The notes beneath the pieces are model-generated. The model was not told where the DNA came from. It saw only the letters and a list, made by a program, of their open reading frames with translations, and searched no databases. This document shows positions 56,190-64,000 of a stretch of 64,000 bases of DNA, piece after piece. Made by a program: the position numbers and the translations under genes. Origin of the DNA: a virus. Positions within the stretch are counted from its first letter, which is position 1. The number at the start of each line of letters is the position of its first letter. The DNA lies in the IMG/VR virus record IMGVR_UViG_3300031552_000002, positions 11,792-75,791 of that record; one strand, 5' to 3'.

Positions 56190-56677
56190 GAAACGCCCCT
56201 CGTTGACAGGGCAGGCCAGGGGGTGTCACGTACCGGCCAACCGCTGTTCCTGAGGGACGCGAATACGCCGCCCAGCGACCTCGGGTCACGCCCAGCGACA
56301 TCCGAGTAGTGGATGACGTCAGCGCGGTTGCCGAACCGGCGAAGGAGCCCGGCGTAGCGTTTCTCCACCGCTCTGGCTGGCAGCTGGTTGAGCATCTTCG
56401 TCGTCGAGGCCGCGACCTGGCCCGGGTCACGACGCATGATGATCACCCTTACTGGTTCGACTGGAAGCGCCGGGTCGAGGATCTTCACGACCTCATCCTG
56501 TCCCGCCTCACCCAGCCGCGACGGCTGGATCTCCAGGAACGGCTCAGGACGCACCTGGGACCTCGATGCCCACTCGGTGCTCAGGTCCCACCTGACACGC
56601 AGCGGCGTCCAGAGGGCAACGGCCTCCAGCATCATCGTGGTGCCGGATCGTGGCGGCCCAGCTACAGCCCACATCAC
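56186..56677 (-). CDS. Sulfotransferase-like P-loop protein
   Basis: AGPPRSGTT (5'-PSB-like) and VIIMRRDP..VAAS (3'-PB-like). Confidence 0.6.
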   Translation of the reverse strand: MMWAVAGPPRSGTTMMLEAVALWTPLRVRWDLSTEWASRSQVRPEPFLEIQPSRLGEAGQDEVVKILDPALPVEPVRVIIMRRDPGQVAASTTKMLNQLPARAVEKRYAGLLRRFGNRADVIHYSDVAGRDPRSLGGVFASLRNSGWPVRDTPWPALSTRGVS

Positions 56678-57306
56678 GACACCCCGCAGGACGCCGCGAT
56701 CTGGCGGTGGACCGTGGTTCCGACCTGGCGGCCCGCCCTGTTCCTTGAACCCGGGCGGCGATAGGCGTCGTAGGTTCCCGGGAACCAGGCGAAGACCCCG
56801 CCGGTGAGGTGTGCTCTGAGCCACAGGTCCCAGTCCTCATAGATCGGCCAGTCGCGCCAGGCCCCGATGTCCTGGAGGAGCTGGACCCTGGCAGGGGCCC
56901 CGACCACCACGTAGTTGCCGGAAGGAAGACATTCCTGTCGGCATTCGTGGCTGTGACCGGAGACTGTCAGCTGCGACCGGTCACCGGCGACGTTGCCACG
57001 CCAATACCGGACGTAGGGGACGTGCACGTCAACGCCCGGAGACGCGCTGATCGAGGCTCTCGCTTTCCCCAGGTAGCCGGGGTCCATGACGTCGTCGGCG
57101 TCGAGATGCACGACCCAGTCCTGGCCCAGGCGCGCGAGCCCGGTGTTCCGCGCGTCGTGGAGAGTGCTGGCCTCGACGACCTCGACCTGGTCGGCTCCAG
57201 CAGCAGCGGCGGACGCCGCTGCGCGGGCTGCTCTCGGCCTCCACGCCTTCAGATCACCGAAAATCGGGATGACGACTCCGATCCCGGTGCTCACGGCGTC
57301 TCCCAC
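56674..57306 (-). CDS. GT2-family glycosyltransferase
   Basis: VVIP, ARNTG, HLDADD, YEDWDLWLR. Confidence 0.85.
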   Translation of the reverse strand: MGDAVSTGIGVVIPIFGDLKAWRPRAARAAASAAAAGADQVEVVEASTLHDARNTGLARLGQDWVVHLDADDVMDPGYLGKARASISASPGVDVHVPYVRYWRGNVAGDRSQLTVSGHSHECRQECLPSGNYVVVGAPARVQLLQDIGAWRDWPIYEDWDLWLRAHLTGGVFAWFPGTYDAYRRPGSRNRAGRQVGTTVHRQIAASCGVS

Positions 57307-57968
57307 AGGTGTCGTCTCCTCGCGTACAGGACACGGCCCCGCCGCATCCGCCTACGCTGCCCGGCGTAGGTGCTGTCCATCTGCCCTTTCCCCCAGTCCG
57401 GGTGGAGGTGCTCAACATGCGAGCCGTGGGCGTGCACGTAGGCTCCCCGGAGCTGCGCAGTCCGCACGAACTCGTCGTCCACATACTCGTGGACGTACCC
57501 CTCGTGGAGGAGCACGCGCGGGTCGTCGATAGTCCCCCGGGTCGTGTACTCGCGGGTCACCAGCGAGTGCGTCGAGTGATCCCCGGCGATCACTCTGGGC
57601 GACCCGAGATCGTTCGTGCCGACGACGCCGATCCCGGGCCGGAGAAGTGCTGTGGCTGCTTCGAACCACCCCTCGTGGAACCGGAGATCTGAGGCCCCGA
57701 GGAAAACCAGGGCCTCCCGCGTGCCTTCCACCACCGCGTTGATTTTCCGCGCGTAGTCACCTGCGGGACGGCGAGGGACCAGGACCAGCTCACGGCGGGC
57801 AGCACTCACCTCACAGATCACCTCGTCGTCCCCCGGAGTGCACGCGAAAACGACGCGGCACCCTGGCGCTGCCCCATCCAGGGAGTCCAGGAGAGGCGCG
57901 ACGTGGTGGGGCCGCCCCAGCATCGGGACGGCCACCACCAGGTCACTCGGCTTCACCTCAGGAGACAC
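57291..57968 (-). CDS. GT2-family glycosyltransferase
   Basis: VPMLGRP, YARKIN, YVDDE, VEHLHP. Confidence 0.75.
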   Translation of the reverse strand: MSPEVKPSDLVVAVPMLGRPHHVAPLLDSLDGAAPGCRVVFACTPGDDEVICEVSAARRELVLVPRRPAGDYARKINAVVEGTREALVFLGASDLRFHEGWFEAATALLRPGIGVVGTNDLGSPRVIAGDHSTHSLVTREYTTRGTIDDPRVLLHEGYVHEYVDDEFVRTAQLRGAYVHAHGSHVEHLHPDWGKGQMDSTYAGQRRRMRRGRVLYARRRHLWETP

Positions 57969-58866
57969 CAGCCGTGATCAGGCACGCCCGGTTGGCGTCC
58001 ATCGTCTTGACGCCGTAGAGACAGTCCACCGAGACGACGTCCTGCTTGTACGTCTGGTCGTAGTCGAAAACGACCCTCAGCCCGAGGCCCTTGTACGACT
58101 CATACGAGGCGTTGGCAGCGCCCTTCGGGAGCGCCAGGGGACGGGTCACGAGGGTGATGGCGGTCCGGTGGAACGCCAGGCCGACCTCGGGGTCATCCGT
58201 GACGTTCTGCGACTGGTACGGCTGGAACCCGAACAGCCGGTGGCCCAGCGACGCGTTCTTCAGGCCGTCGGTGTCGCCCCTCGCGTCGGCGCGGCTCAGG
58301 AGGTCGTCACCGCGCCAGTCAGCAGCCGTCGCCGGGCCGACGACGACGTTACGGTCCGACGGCGGGACGTTCCGCTGATCCAGGACCCGCCCGGCGTCGA
58401 TCAGAACCTTCGGGTCGTCAGCGTCGTACTTGTTGGTTCCCGCGAGGCCCGTCACGGTCTCGCCGGCAACGCCGACTTCCTGCGCGATGTCGTCCCTTGC
58501 TGCGAGGAGGTCGCGGTCGATTTTCTGCGCGAGGGCTTCGCAGGCCGGGTTCAGGAGTTGCTGCGCGAAATCCTGGATGGAATACGTGAGTTCCTCGGTC
58601 GTGACCGCGAATGAAACGTCAGCGAGGTGATTCAGGACGACCGGGACGGTTCCCTCGGTCGCGTCCTGGATACTGATACCAACGGACCTGTCGAAGTCCT
58701 CCGCGACGAAGGTCGTGGGCTCCCGGACGTTGACGGTGGCACCCTGCTTGCCCTGGAAGTCCTGATCGTAATTACGATCGACGAGAGGGACCATGACGGT
58801 GTTCTCGTACAGTGTGGCGAGCGCCTGACGCGCGACGAGGGTAGGGGTCAAGAACGTGTTTGTCAT
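57958..58866 (-). CDS. Major capsid protein (P22 coat-like)
   Basis: MTNTFLTP, GATVNVREP, LAFHR, DCLYG. Confidence 0.9.
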   Translation of the reverse strand: MTNTFLTPTLVARQALATLYENTVMVPLVDRNYDQDFQGKQGATVNVREPTTFVAEDFDRSVGISIQDATEGTVPVVLNHLADVSFAVTTEELTYSIQDFAQQLLNPACEALAQKIDRDLLAARDDIAQEVGVAGETVTGLAGTNKYDADDPKVLIDAGRVLDQRNVPPSDRNVVVGPATAADWRGDDLLSRADARGDTDGLKNASLGHRLFGFQPYQSQNVTDDPEVGLAFHRTAITLVTRPLALPKGAANASYESYKGLGLRVVFDYDQTYKQDVVSVDCLYGVKTMDANRACLITAGVS

Positions 58867-58880
58867 CGTGTTCCTTCAGG

Positions 58881-59735
58881 TCAGGAGCTGCGGTGCAATC
58901 CTGCTTTCCGCAGCTCTTCGACGGTCATGTCTTCCAGGGGCTTGCCCTTGACCCCGGTGGGGGCGGTCCCGCCGCTCACTGCCGGTGGCCTGGGCTTCTG
59001 CTCTACCCGGAAACTGGTGTTCTCCGTGACGGCCTCCTGGACCGCTGCGGCGACGGCGACGCGGTAGGCGTCGTCGTCAACATCCAGGTCTTTCAGTTTG
59101 CTCATGAACCCGCGAGAGTCGAGGAGTTTCGACGGGTCAGCGCCGTGCATGTTCGCCGCGTCCTGCACGGCGACTTCCACGAGAAGATCCCGGTACTTCG
59201 AATCTCTTTCCTCGCGTGCTCTTCGTTCTTCGTCACGCTCAGTGCTGATCTTTTTGATCACCTGTTCAGGGGTGAGTTCTTCCTCTTCGTCATTGTCCAG
59301 ACCGAGGGCTTTCATGACGGCCTTGGTGACGGATGTTTTCGTTTCTTCGACGGCTTTCAGCCGGTCGTTTTCGGCCTCGTCGAGGACCTTCTGCTTCGCA
59401 GCAGTACGGGCCTTGGCAGCTTCGTCCCTGGTTTTCTTCAGGAGTTTCTGTGCCCAACCTGGGAGCGACGACACGTCCTGTGGTTCCGTGGTCTCACCGT
59501 CAGCGCCCTCATCCTCCGGTCCGTCGCCGGGCCCGTCGCCGGTCCTGTCACCGAGCTCAGCCTCGGTCCCGCCGCCGGTCCCGCCGCCGGTCCCGCCGCC
59601 GGTCCCGCCGCCGGTCCCGCCGCCGGTCCCGCCGCCGGTCCCGCCGCCGGTCCTGTCACCGTCAGCGCTACCGGTTTCCTGTTCTTCCAGCGTCCCCCGG
59701 TCGTCCACGGCAGGGTCATTGTTTTCGATGGGCAT
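58881..59735 (-). CDS. Capsid scaffolding protein
   Basis: LPGWAQ..., RDEAAKAR, LLDSRGF; precedes capsid gene. Confidence 0.8.
   Translation of the reverse strand: MPIENNDPAVDDRGTLEEQETGSADGDRTGGGTGGGTGGGTGGGTGGGTGGGTGGGTEAELGDRTGDGPGDGPEDEGADGETTEPQDVSSLPGWAQKLLKKTRDEAAKARTAAKQKVLDEAENDRLKAVEETKTSVTKAVMKALGLDNDEEEELTPEQVIKKISTERDEERRAREERDSKYRDLLVEVAVQDAANMHGADPSKLLDSRGFMSKLKDLDVDDDAYRVAVAAAVQEAVTENTSFRVEQKPRPPAVSGGTAPTGVKGKPLEDMTVEELRKAGLHRSS
59566..59653. repeat. 12-bp tandem repeat (GGTCCCGCCGCC) x ~7, encoding (GGGT)n
   Basis: Direct read. Confidence 0.9.
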
Positions 59736-59842
59736 CGGCACTCCTGGTGCGTCAGAGGGCTGAGCAGGGTCCAGCCCCACCCAGGCCGTGATCGGTTCTT
59801 TACCGCGGCAGTAACGTCGTCTCGCCGGCCGTCACCTCAGGG

Positions 59843-61360
59843 TCAGGACTGCTCACCCCGGGCCACCTGCTCAGGATCCGGGACCGGGCCGAGGCCCTCC
59901 TCGGCGTAGATCCGTTCGACTTCCTCACGGACAGTCCCGTCGTCCCACGAAGGGTGCAAGATCCTTACTTTCGATTCGGTGGACGCCGCGCGGGCCTGAG
60001 TGAGCTGTGTCAGGGTCGCTGCGACAGTGTCCGTGGACTCCACGACGGCGTCCCCCAGCTCGACCGTGGGACGGCCCTCGACCGTCCGCGTCCCGAAAAC
60101 CTCCCGGTCCACGGCGAGGAGCAGCTCGAAGATCTCGCGAAGACCATAGGCCCAGTAGAGCGCCTTCTTGTCCCGTGTCCGGTACGACAGCACCTCACGC
60201 TGTCGTGCCTCGGTCGCCGTCAGAGCGACACTGCTGCTACCGGTCCCACCGAAAGACGCCGCCGTGTACCCGGCAGACCGACACACCTGCTCCAGCAGGG
60301 CCGTCGCACCCCGAATGTGCTCATCGACCCTGATCAGCGGTTGGATCAGGCGCACCGGGTCCGTGACCGTCTCAGGGTTGACGCGCAGCGGGACGAAAAT
60401 CTCACGATCGATGTCGGCGGTAGCCCCCCGCCCGGGCCCCAGAGGACGCAACGCATCCTCAGTGATCACCGCGCGGGCCTTCGCCAGCCGGAACTCCCGG
60501 ACCAGGGACGTCCACACCTCGTCGAGAGAGTCCATCAGCCCCAGCGTCGCCGGAGAAAAATCCGACCGGCCCAGCAGCGACCACCGCTCCAGGCGGTTCG
60601 GCCGCAGATTCGGGACGTGCACGATCAGCACCCGGCTGATACCCGTCAACGTCTCCGGGACGAGCCTCGACGTCTCCTCCCTCGACGCAAGGTCCACCGA
60701 TGCCCCCAGCTCGGACGCCGTCCCCCGGTACAAGCCGTGGAGGATCTTCCCGGGCTCGTGGCGTTCGAGGTGCCGCCACACCGGCCCGCCCGTCTCGCTC
60801 TCCAGGACCGTCCACACCGTGGCAGCCGTGAGAACACCGGAACCCCACTCCGGGACAACCGAGTCTGCGTGAACCGGGCGGATCCACGGGTAATCACGGG
60901 TCTCCGCGTCCCACGCGACCGTGAGCCACCCGTCACCGAGAGCAGCAGTAACCTCGGCAGCTTCCACGAACGTCGCATGAACACCGGCACGATCCGTGAT
61001 CTCATCGGCGCGGGCCTGGGCACCAGGATCCTCGAACGTGACCTTCGGCGGTTCAGAGAACAACAGATCAGCCGACAGGGTCGCCAGATCCGACGCGACC
61101 GGGATGTGAGCCTTCGACCTCAGCTCACCCGTCGGTGGCGGTGCCCCCCAGAACCATCGTGAAACCGTCCCCACCAAGCCGCCCCGGAACTGACCCACCC
61201 GGTACCTCACATCAGGGATCGACCCGCGGGCTCCCCCATACAGGTCGGACAGGGTCTCAGGGTCGCCGGCGAACCACGCTGAGAGCTCCTCGTACCGCCG
61301 TTGCGTCGCCGTGTTCGCTGCTGGTGGCCACTGGGTTTTCCCCGGCCTTGGTAGTGGCAT
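59843..61360 (-). CDS. Portal protein
   Basis: HIPVASDL..SADLLF.EPP, HVPN.RP, GRSD; follows terminase. Confidence 0.9.
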   Translation of the reverse strand: MPLPRPGKTQWPPAANTATQRRYEELSAWFAGDPETLSDLYGGARGSIPDVRYRVGQFRGGLVGTVSRWFWGAPPPTGELRSKAHIPVASDLATLSADLLFSEPPKVTFEDPGAQARADEITDRAGVHATFVEAAEVTAALGDGWLTVAWDAETRDYPWIRPVHADSVVPEWGSGVLTAATVWTVLESETGGPVWRHLERHEPGKILHGLYRGTASELGASVDLASREETSRLVPETLTGISRVLIVHVPNLRPNRLERWSLLGRSDFSPATLGLMDSLDEVWTSLVREFRLAKARAVITEDALRPLGPGRGATADIDREIFVPLRVNPETVTDPVRLIQPLIRVDEHIRGATALLEQVCRSAGYTAASFGGTGSSSVALTATEARQREVLSYRTRDKKALYWAYGLREIFELLLAVDREVFGTRTVEGRPTVELGDAVVESTDTVAATLTQLTQARAASTESKVRILHPSWDDGTVREEVERIYAEEGLGPVPDPEQVARGEQS

Positions 61361-61379
61361 GGTGGTTCCTCCTCCCTGG

Positions 61380-62645
61380 TCACGCTGCTGTCAATGCTGG
61401 GATCTGGTCACGCCAGGACCAGATAGTGGTGGCGGTCAGATACCGGAGGGCGTCCGGGCCGTGGTCATCGACCTTCAGTGGCTGCTCAACTCCCAGGAGC
61501 AGCGCCTTGTCGTCCCACACGTACCCGGCGAGTTCGTCGAGGAGGCCCTTGCAGGACCGGTGGATCCGCAGCGCGTCCTTCGCGATTAGCCCTGCTACGG
61601 CGCGGATACCGTCCTGGACCGCGTTCCGCCCCTTCGTCGGTGACCACCCGTCACGCCATAGCTGCTGGGTGAACGACGCCGCCGACGGGTCCACGACGAT
61701 TTCCAGCCCGAGGCCCTCGTGAAGGCCCGGGACGCTCAGGGAGGACAGCCACCCCCGGATCGCTTCTGCGTACTCGGGGTCCGTGAGCTGGCGGTGAGCC
61801 GTTCGCGAGTCATGCCGCCACTCGGAAATGACGTGGAGCCGCCCATCTTTCCCGATCCCAGCGAGGAGCGCGACGAAAGGGTTCGTGGTCCCGTAGTCGA
61901 TTCCGATCCCGACCCAGGAGGTGATCCGCGGTATCTCGTCCTCGACGATTCTGTCCTCGTCGAAAGAATCATAGATAGCGCCCTCGGCGTTGACCCACAA
62001 CCCGGAAACGAACCGCTTGTACCACAGGCCCGTGTATTCGGCCTTCAGATTAGCGACGTAGGACGGCGGTAGGGCCTTGTTGTCGTCGAGCGTGAAATGC
62101 CACGACCTCAAATCGAGGTCACTCTCACGGTCCAGGAAACACCGTTTCAGCCAGTGGCGCCGGTTGTCCGGGTTCGTTGTCCCGAAAAGTTTCGCCCCCG
62201 GCGGTGACATCCGCGCGAGAGTCTGACGGAAAAACGACTCAGGAAGCAGCGTCACCTCATCCGCGAGGCACCCAGCAACCGTCATGCCGCGGATCTTCGT
62301 TTCAGCGACCGCGTCATTCGCGCCGATGACGTGCACTGTCCGACCCAGGATTCTCCCTGTCGGAGCGCCCTGCCGGTAATCAACCTGACTGGAGATACTC
62401 CCGAACAGCGAACGGTCCATGAGGGGCCGGAAAAGGTTCCGGTACGCCGTGTCCCTGGTCTTCCCGATGACGATAAGTTCGCCCGATGGCGGGTCAACTA
62501 AGTACTCGAGCCACCGGAACAACGAGACAACGGTTTTCCCGGACCGGACCGACCCCTCAGAAATGTTGATTCGAGCCGTCGAATCCAGAAAAAAATCTAT
62601 CTGCTTGCTGCTAAGGGGAAGGTCCAGATCATCAGACCATGTCAC
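61380..62645 (-). CDS. Terminase large subunit (PBSX-like)
   Basis: EGSVRSGKT, ADEV, TTNPD, GIDYG, DHGPDALRY. Confidence 0.95.
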   Translation of the reverse strand: MTWSDDLDLPLSSKQIDFFLDSTARINISEGSVRSGKTVVSLFRWLEYLVDPPSGELIVIGKTRDTAYRNLFRPLMDRSLFGSISSQVDYRQGAPTGRILGRTVHVIGANDAVAETKIRGMTVAGCLADEVTLLPESFFRQTLARMSPPGAKLFGTTNPDNRRHWLKRCFLDRESDLDLRSWHFTLDDNKALPPSYVANLKAEYTGLWYKRFVSGLWVNAEGAIYDSFDEDRIVEDEIPRITSWVGIGIDYGTTNPFVALLAGIGKDGRLHVISEWRHDSRTAHRQLTDPEYAEAIRGWLSSLSVPGLHEGLGLEIVVDPSAASFTQQLWRDGWSPTKGRNAVQDGIRAVAGLIAKDALRIHRSCKGLLDELAGYVWDDKALLLGVEQPLKVDDHGPDALRYLTATTIWSWRDQIPALTAA

Positions 62646-63145
62646 GTCTCACCGCTGAGACTATCGCGGGCTTCTGACAGTCGTTCCCGGAGCCTGGCCA
62701 GGACAGACCTATCCTCGTCGCAAGACCGATCTCCGTCGATCTTAGCGATCCGCTCAATAGCTGCGACCTCAGCAGCTATGGCTTTTATGAGCGTTATCTC
62801 ATCGTCGGCCGGGACATACTCTAACGTGTTCGTTATGGTGCCGTTCGGGGTCCTCGTGCAGGTGACGAACGGCTCACAGTCCAGCCGCCGCGTCGTCACG
62901 AGGGCACGCTCCGTGAGCCACTCCAGGAGCTCAGCGCGCCGGGCACGGTTATCAGCCTGCTTCGCTGACGTCGCTGCCTGCGTACGCTCACGGTTCCACC
63001 CGAGGCCAAGTTTCTTAGCGTGGAGCGAGACCGTGGACTTCTGGCGGCCCATCCGCCGAGCGACCTCACAGAGTGAGTAACCGCGCCCGTGGAGGGCCCG
63101 CAGCCGGCGTGTCTCGGAGTCCTGCCAGGGGGTGGAACGAGTCAT
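62642..63145 (-). CDS. Terminase small subunit (HTH)
   Basis: LRALH..G.SL.EVARRMGRQKSTVS; upstream of the large subunit. Confidence 0.75.
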   Translation of the reverse strand: MTRSTPWQDSETRRLRALHGRGYSLCEVARRMGRQKSTVSLHAKKLGLGWNRERTQAATSAKQADNRARRAELLEWLTERALVTTRRLDCEPFVTCTRTPNGTITNTLEYVPADDEITLIKAIAAEVAAIERIAKIDGDRSCDEDRSVLARLRERLSEARDSLSGET

Positions 63146-63220
63146 CCTCGTGGCTCCCGGCCGTGAGGGGCAGCGCCCGGCTGCCGTGCGTGCGTGATGT
63201 CACCGGTGTACGTTCGCAGC

Positions 63221-63469
63221 TCACCCAGGTCCGATGCGTTTCCCCCTGGGTGGTTTTCCCTGGCGGACTCGGGCAGTGTCGGACCCCGGGTAGTCCCCGA
63301 ACACCTCGTGGTACCACTCAGTCGTCACGCGCCTCGCCCTTTCCGGTTCGAGGTACTTCTCCAGGTGGTGGAGCAAGGTCGTCCACGGATGGGGCTTCGG
63401 CGCCCACTTCGCGAGGCCCTTACCCTTCGTCCAATACGTTTTGAGCTGGTTGTGACTGGCGTCGGGCAT
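63221..63469 (-). CDS. Small conserved actinophage protein
   Basis: LKTYWTKGKGLAKW...HLEKYL...YHEVFGDYPG. Confidence 0.6.
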   Translation of the reverse strand: MPDASHNQLKTYWTKGKGLAKWAPKPHPWTTLLHHLEKYLEPERARRVTTEWYHEVFGDYPGSDTARVRQGKPPRGKRIGPG

Positions 63470-63639
63470 GACTGGGCTACCCCCTCACGGGTCTCACAGA
63501 ACTGGGAGCGCGCCAACGGGTGGCACAAGAGCACAGTAACCCGTTCGCGCAGGTCACATCATCACCGGGGGCTATTAAGGTCTGGGCGCGCCGTGACGTT
63601 AACTCCCCTGTCAGGACACTACGAGCAGGGGAGGCCACC

Positions 63640-63975
63640 ATGAGCAGGGACCGCCAGCACATCGCCAGACTCCGCAGGGGCATCGTCCGCCTGGAGGCAG
63701 GGCTCGCGAGCGCTGTAGCGCTGGTTCAGTCCGCCGAGGAGCAGCTCAGCGAGCTACGGGAGGAGCTCGCGTCAGCTGAGGGAGTCCCGGCGGCGGGGCG
63801 CCGAGTCGTGATCGAGGACTGGAGGTGCTGGGCTTCCGAGGTCGCTACGGCGCTCAAGGACCCTGACGACGATCGGGTCCTGGTCTACGCCCCGGACGGC
63901 GTCGAGTCCGGGGAAGCCTCGACGCCGGAGTCCCGGGCGTTGTCCCGGGGGAGCGTGTACGTCGATCTGAGGTAG
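63640..63975 (+). CDS. Hypothetical coiled-coil protein
   Basis: RBS GGGGAGG. Confidence 0.55.
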   Translation: MSRDRQHIARLRRGIVRLEAGLASAVALVQSAEEQLSELREELASAEGVPAAGRRVVIEDWRCWASEVATALKDPDDDRVLVYAPDGVESGEASTPESRALSRGSVYVDLR

Positions 63976-64000
63976 ACAGCGTCGTGGTGCCAGGCAGTTT

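Noticed and set aside
31326-56761. Diversity-generating retroelement TR/VR pair (108-bp repeat covering a gene 3' end)
   Set aside because: Mismatches are not confined to adenines of one copy (two A in each copy plus a C/T), and no reverse transcriptase is in the window.
59566-59653. Regulatory repeat or array
   Set aside because: In-frame (GGGT)n linker in the scaffold protein; an ordinary coding microsatellite.

Overview
High-GC (~70%) actinobacterial siphovirus genome segment. The complete virion operon runs on the minus strand from ~63.5 kb to ~34.8 kb: terminase, portal, scaffold, major capsid, neck, tail, tape measure and lysis genes. An 8-gene glycosyltransferase / methyltransferase / sulfotransferase-like cassette sits directly behind the major capsid gene. 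The left half carries replication and recombination genes (host-like DnaB, RecE/RecT, DnaQ-like exonuclease, RuvC-like, WhiB, split PNK/HAD) and small-gene cassettes behind a repeated TTGACA-N17-CAGTAT promoter. It also carries a Streptomyces-plasmid/AICE-like TraB (FtsK) + Spd-like transfer module at 7.3-13.9 kb. Two HTH replication initiators each have iterons and a homologous antisense-RNA-like element over the upstream ribosome-binding site. No integrase, reverse transcriptase, tRNA or CRISPR array is visible in this window. Working hypothesis (inference): a conjugative phage-plasmid with a glycosylated, methylated and possibly sulfated virion. All product calls are from motif recognition by eye; no searches were run.
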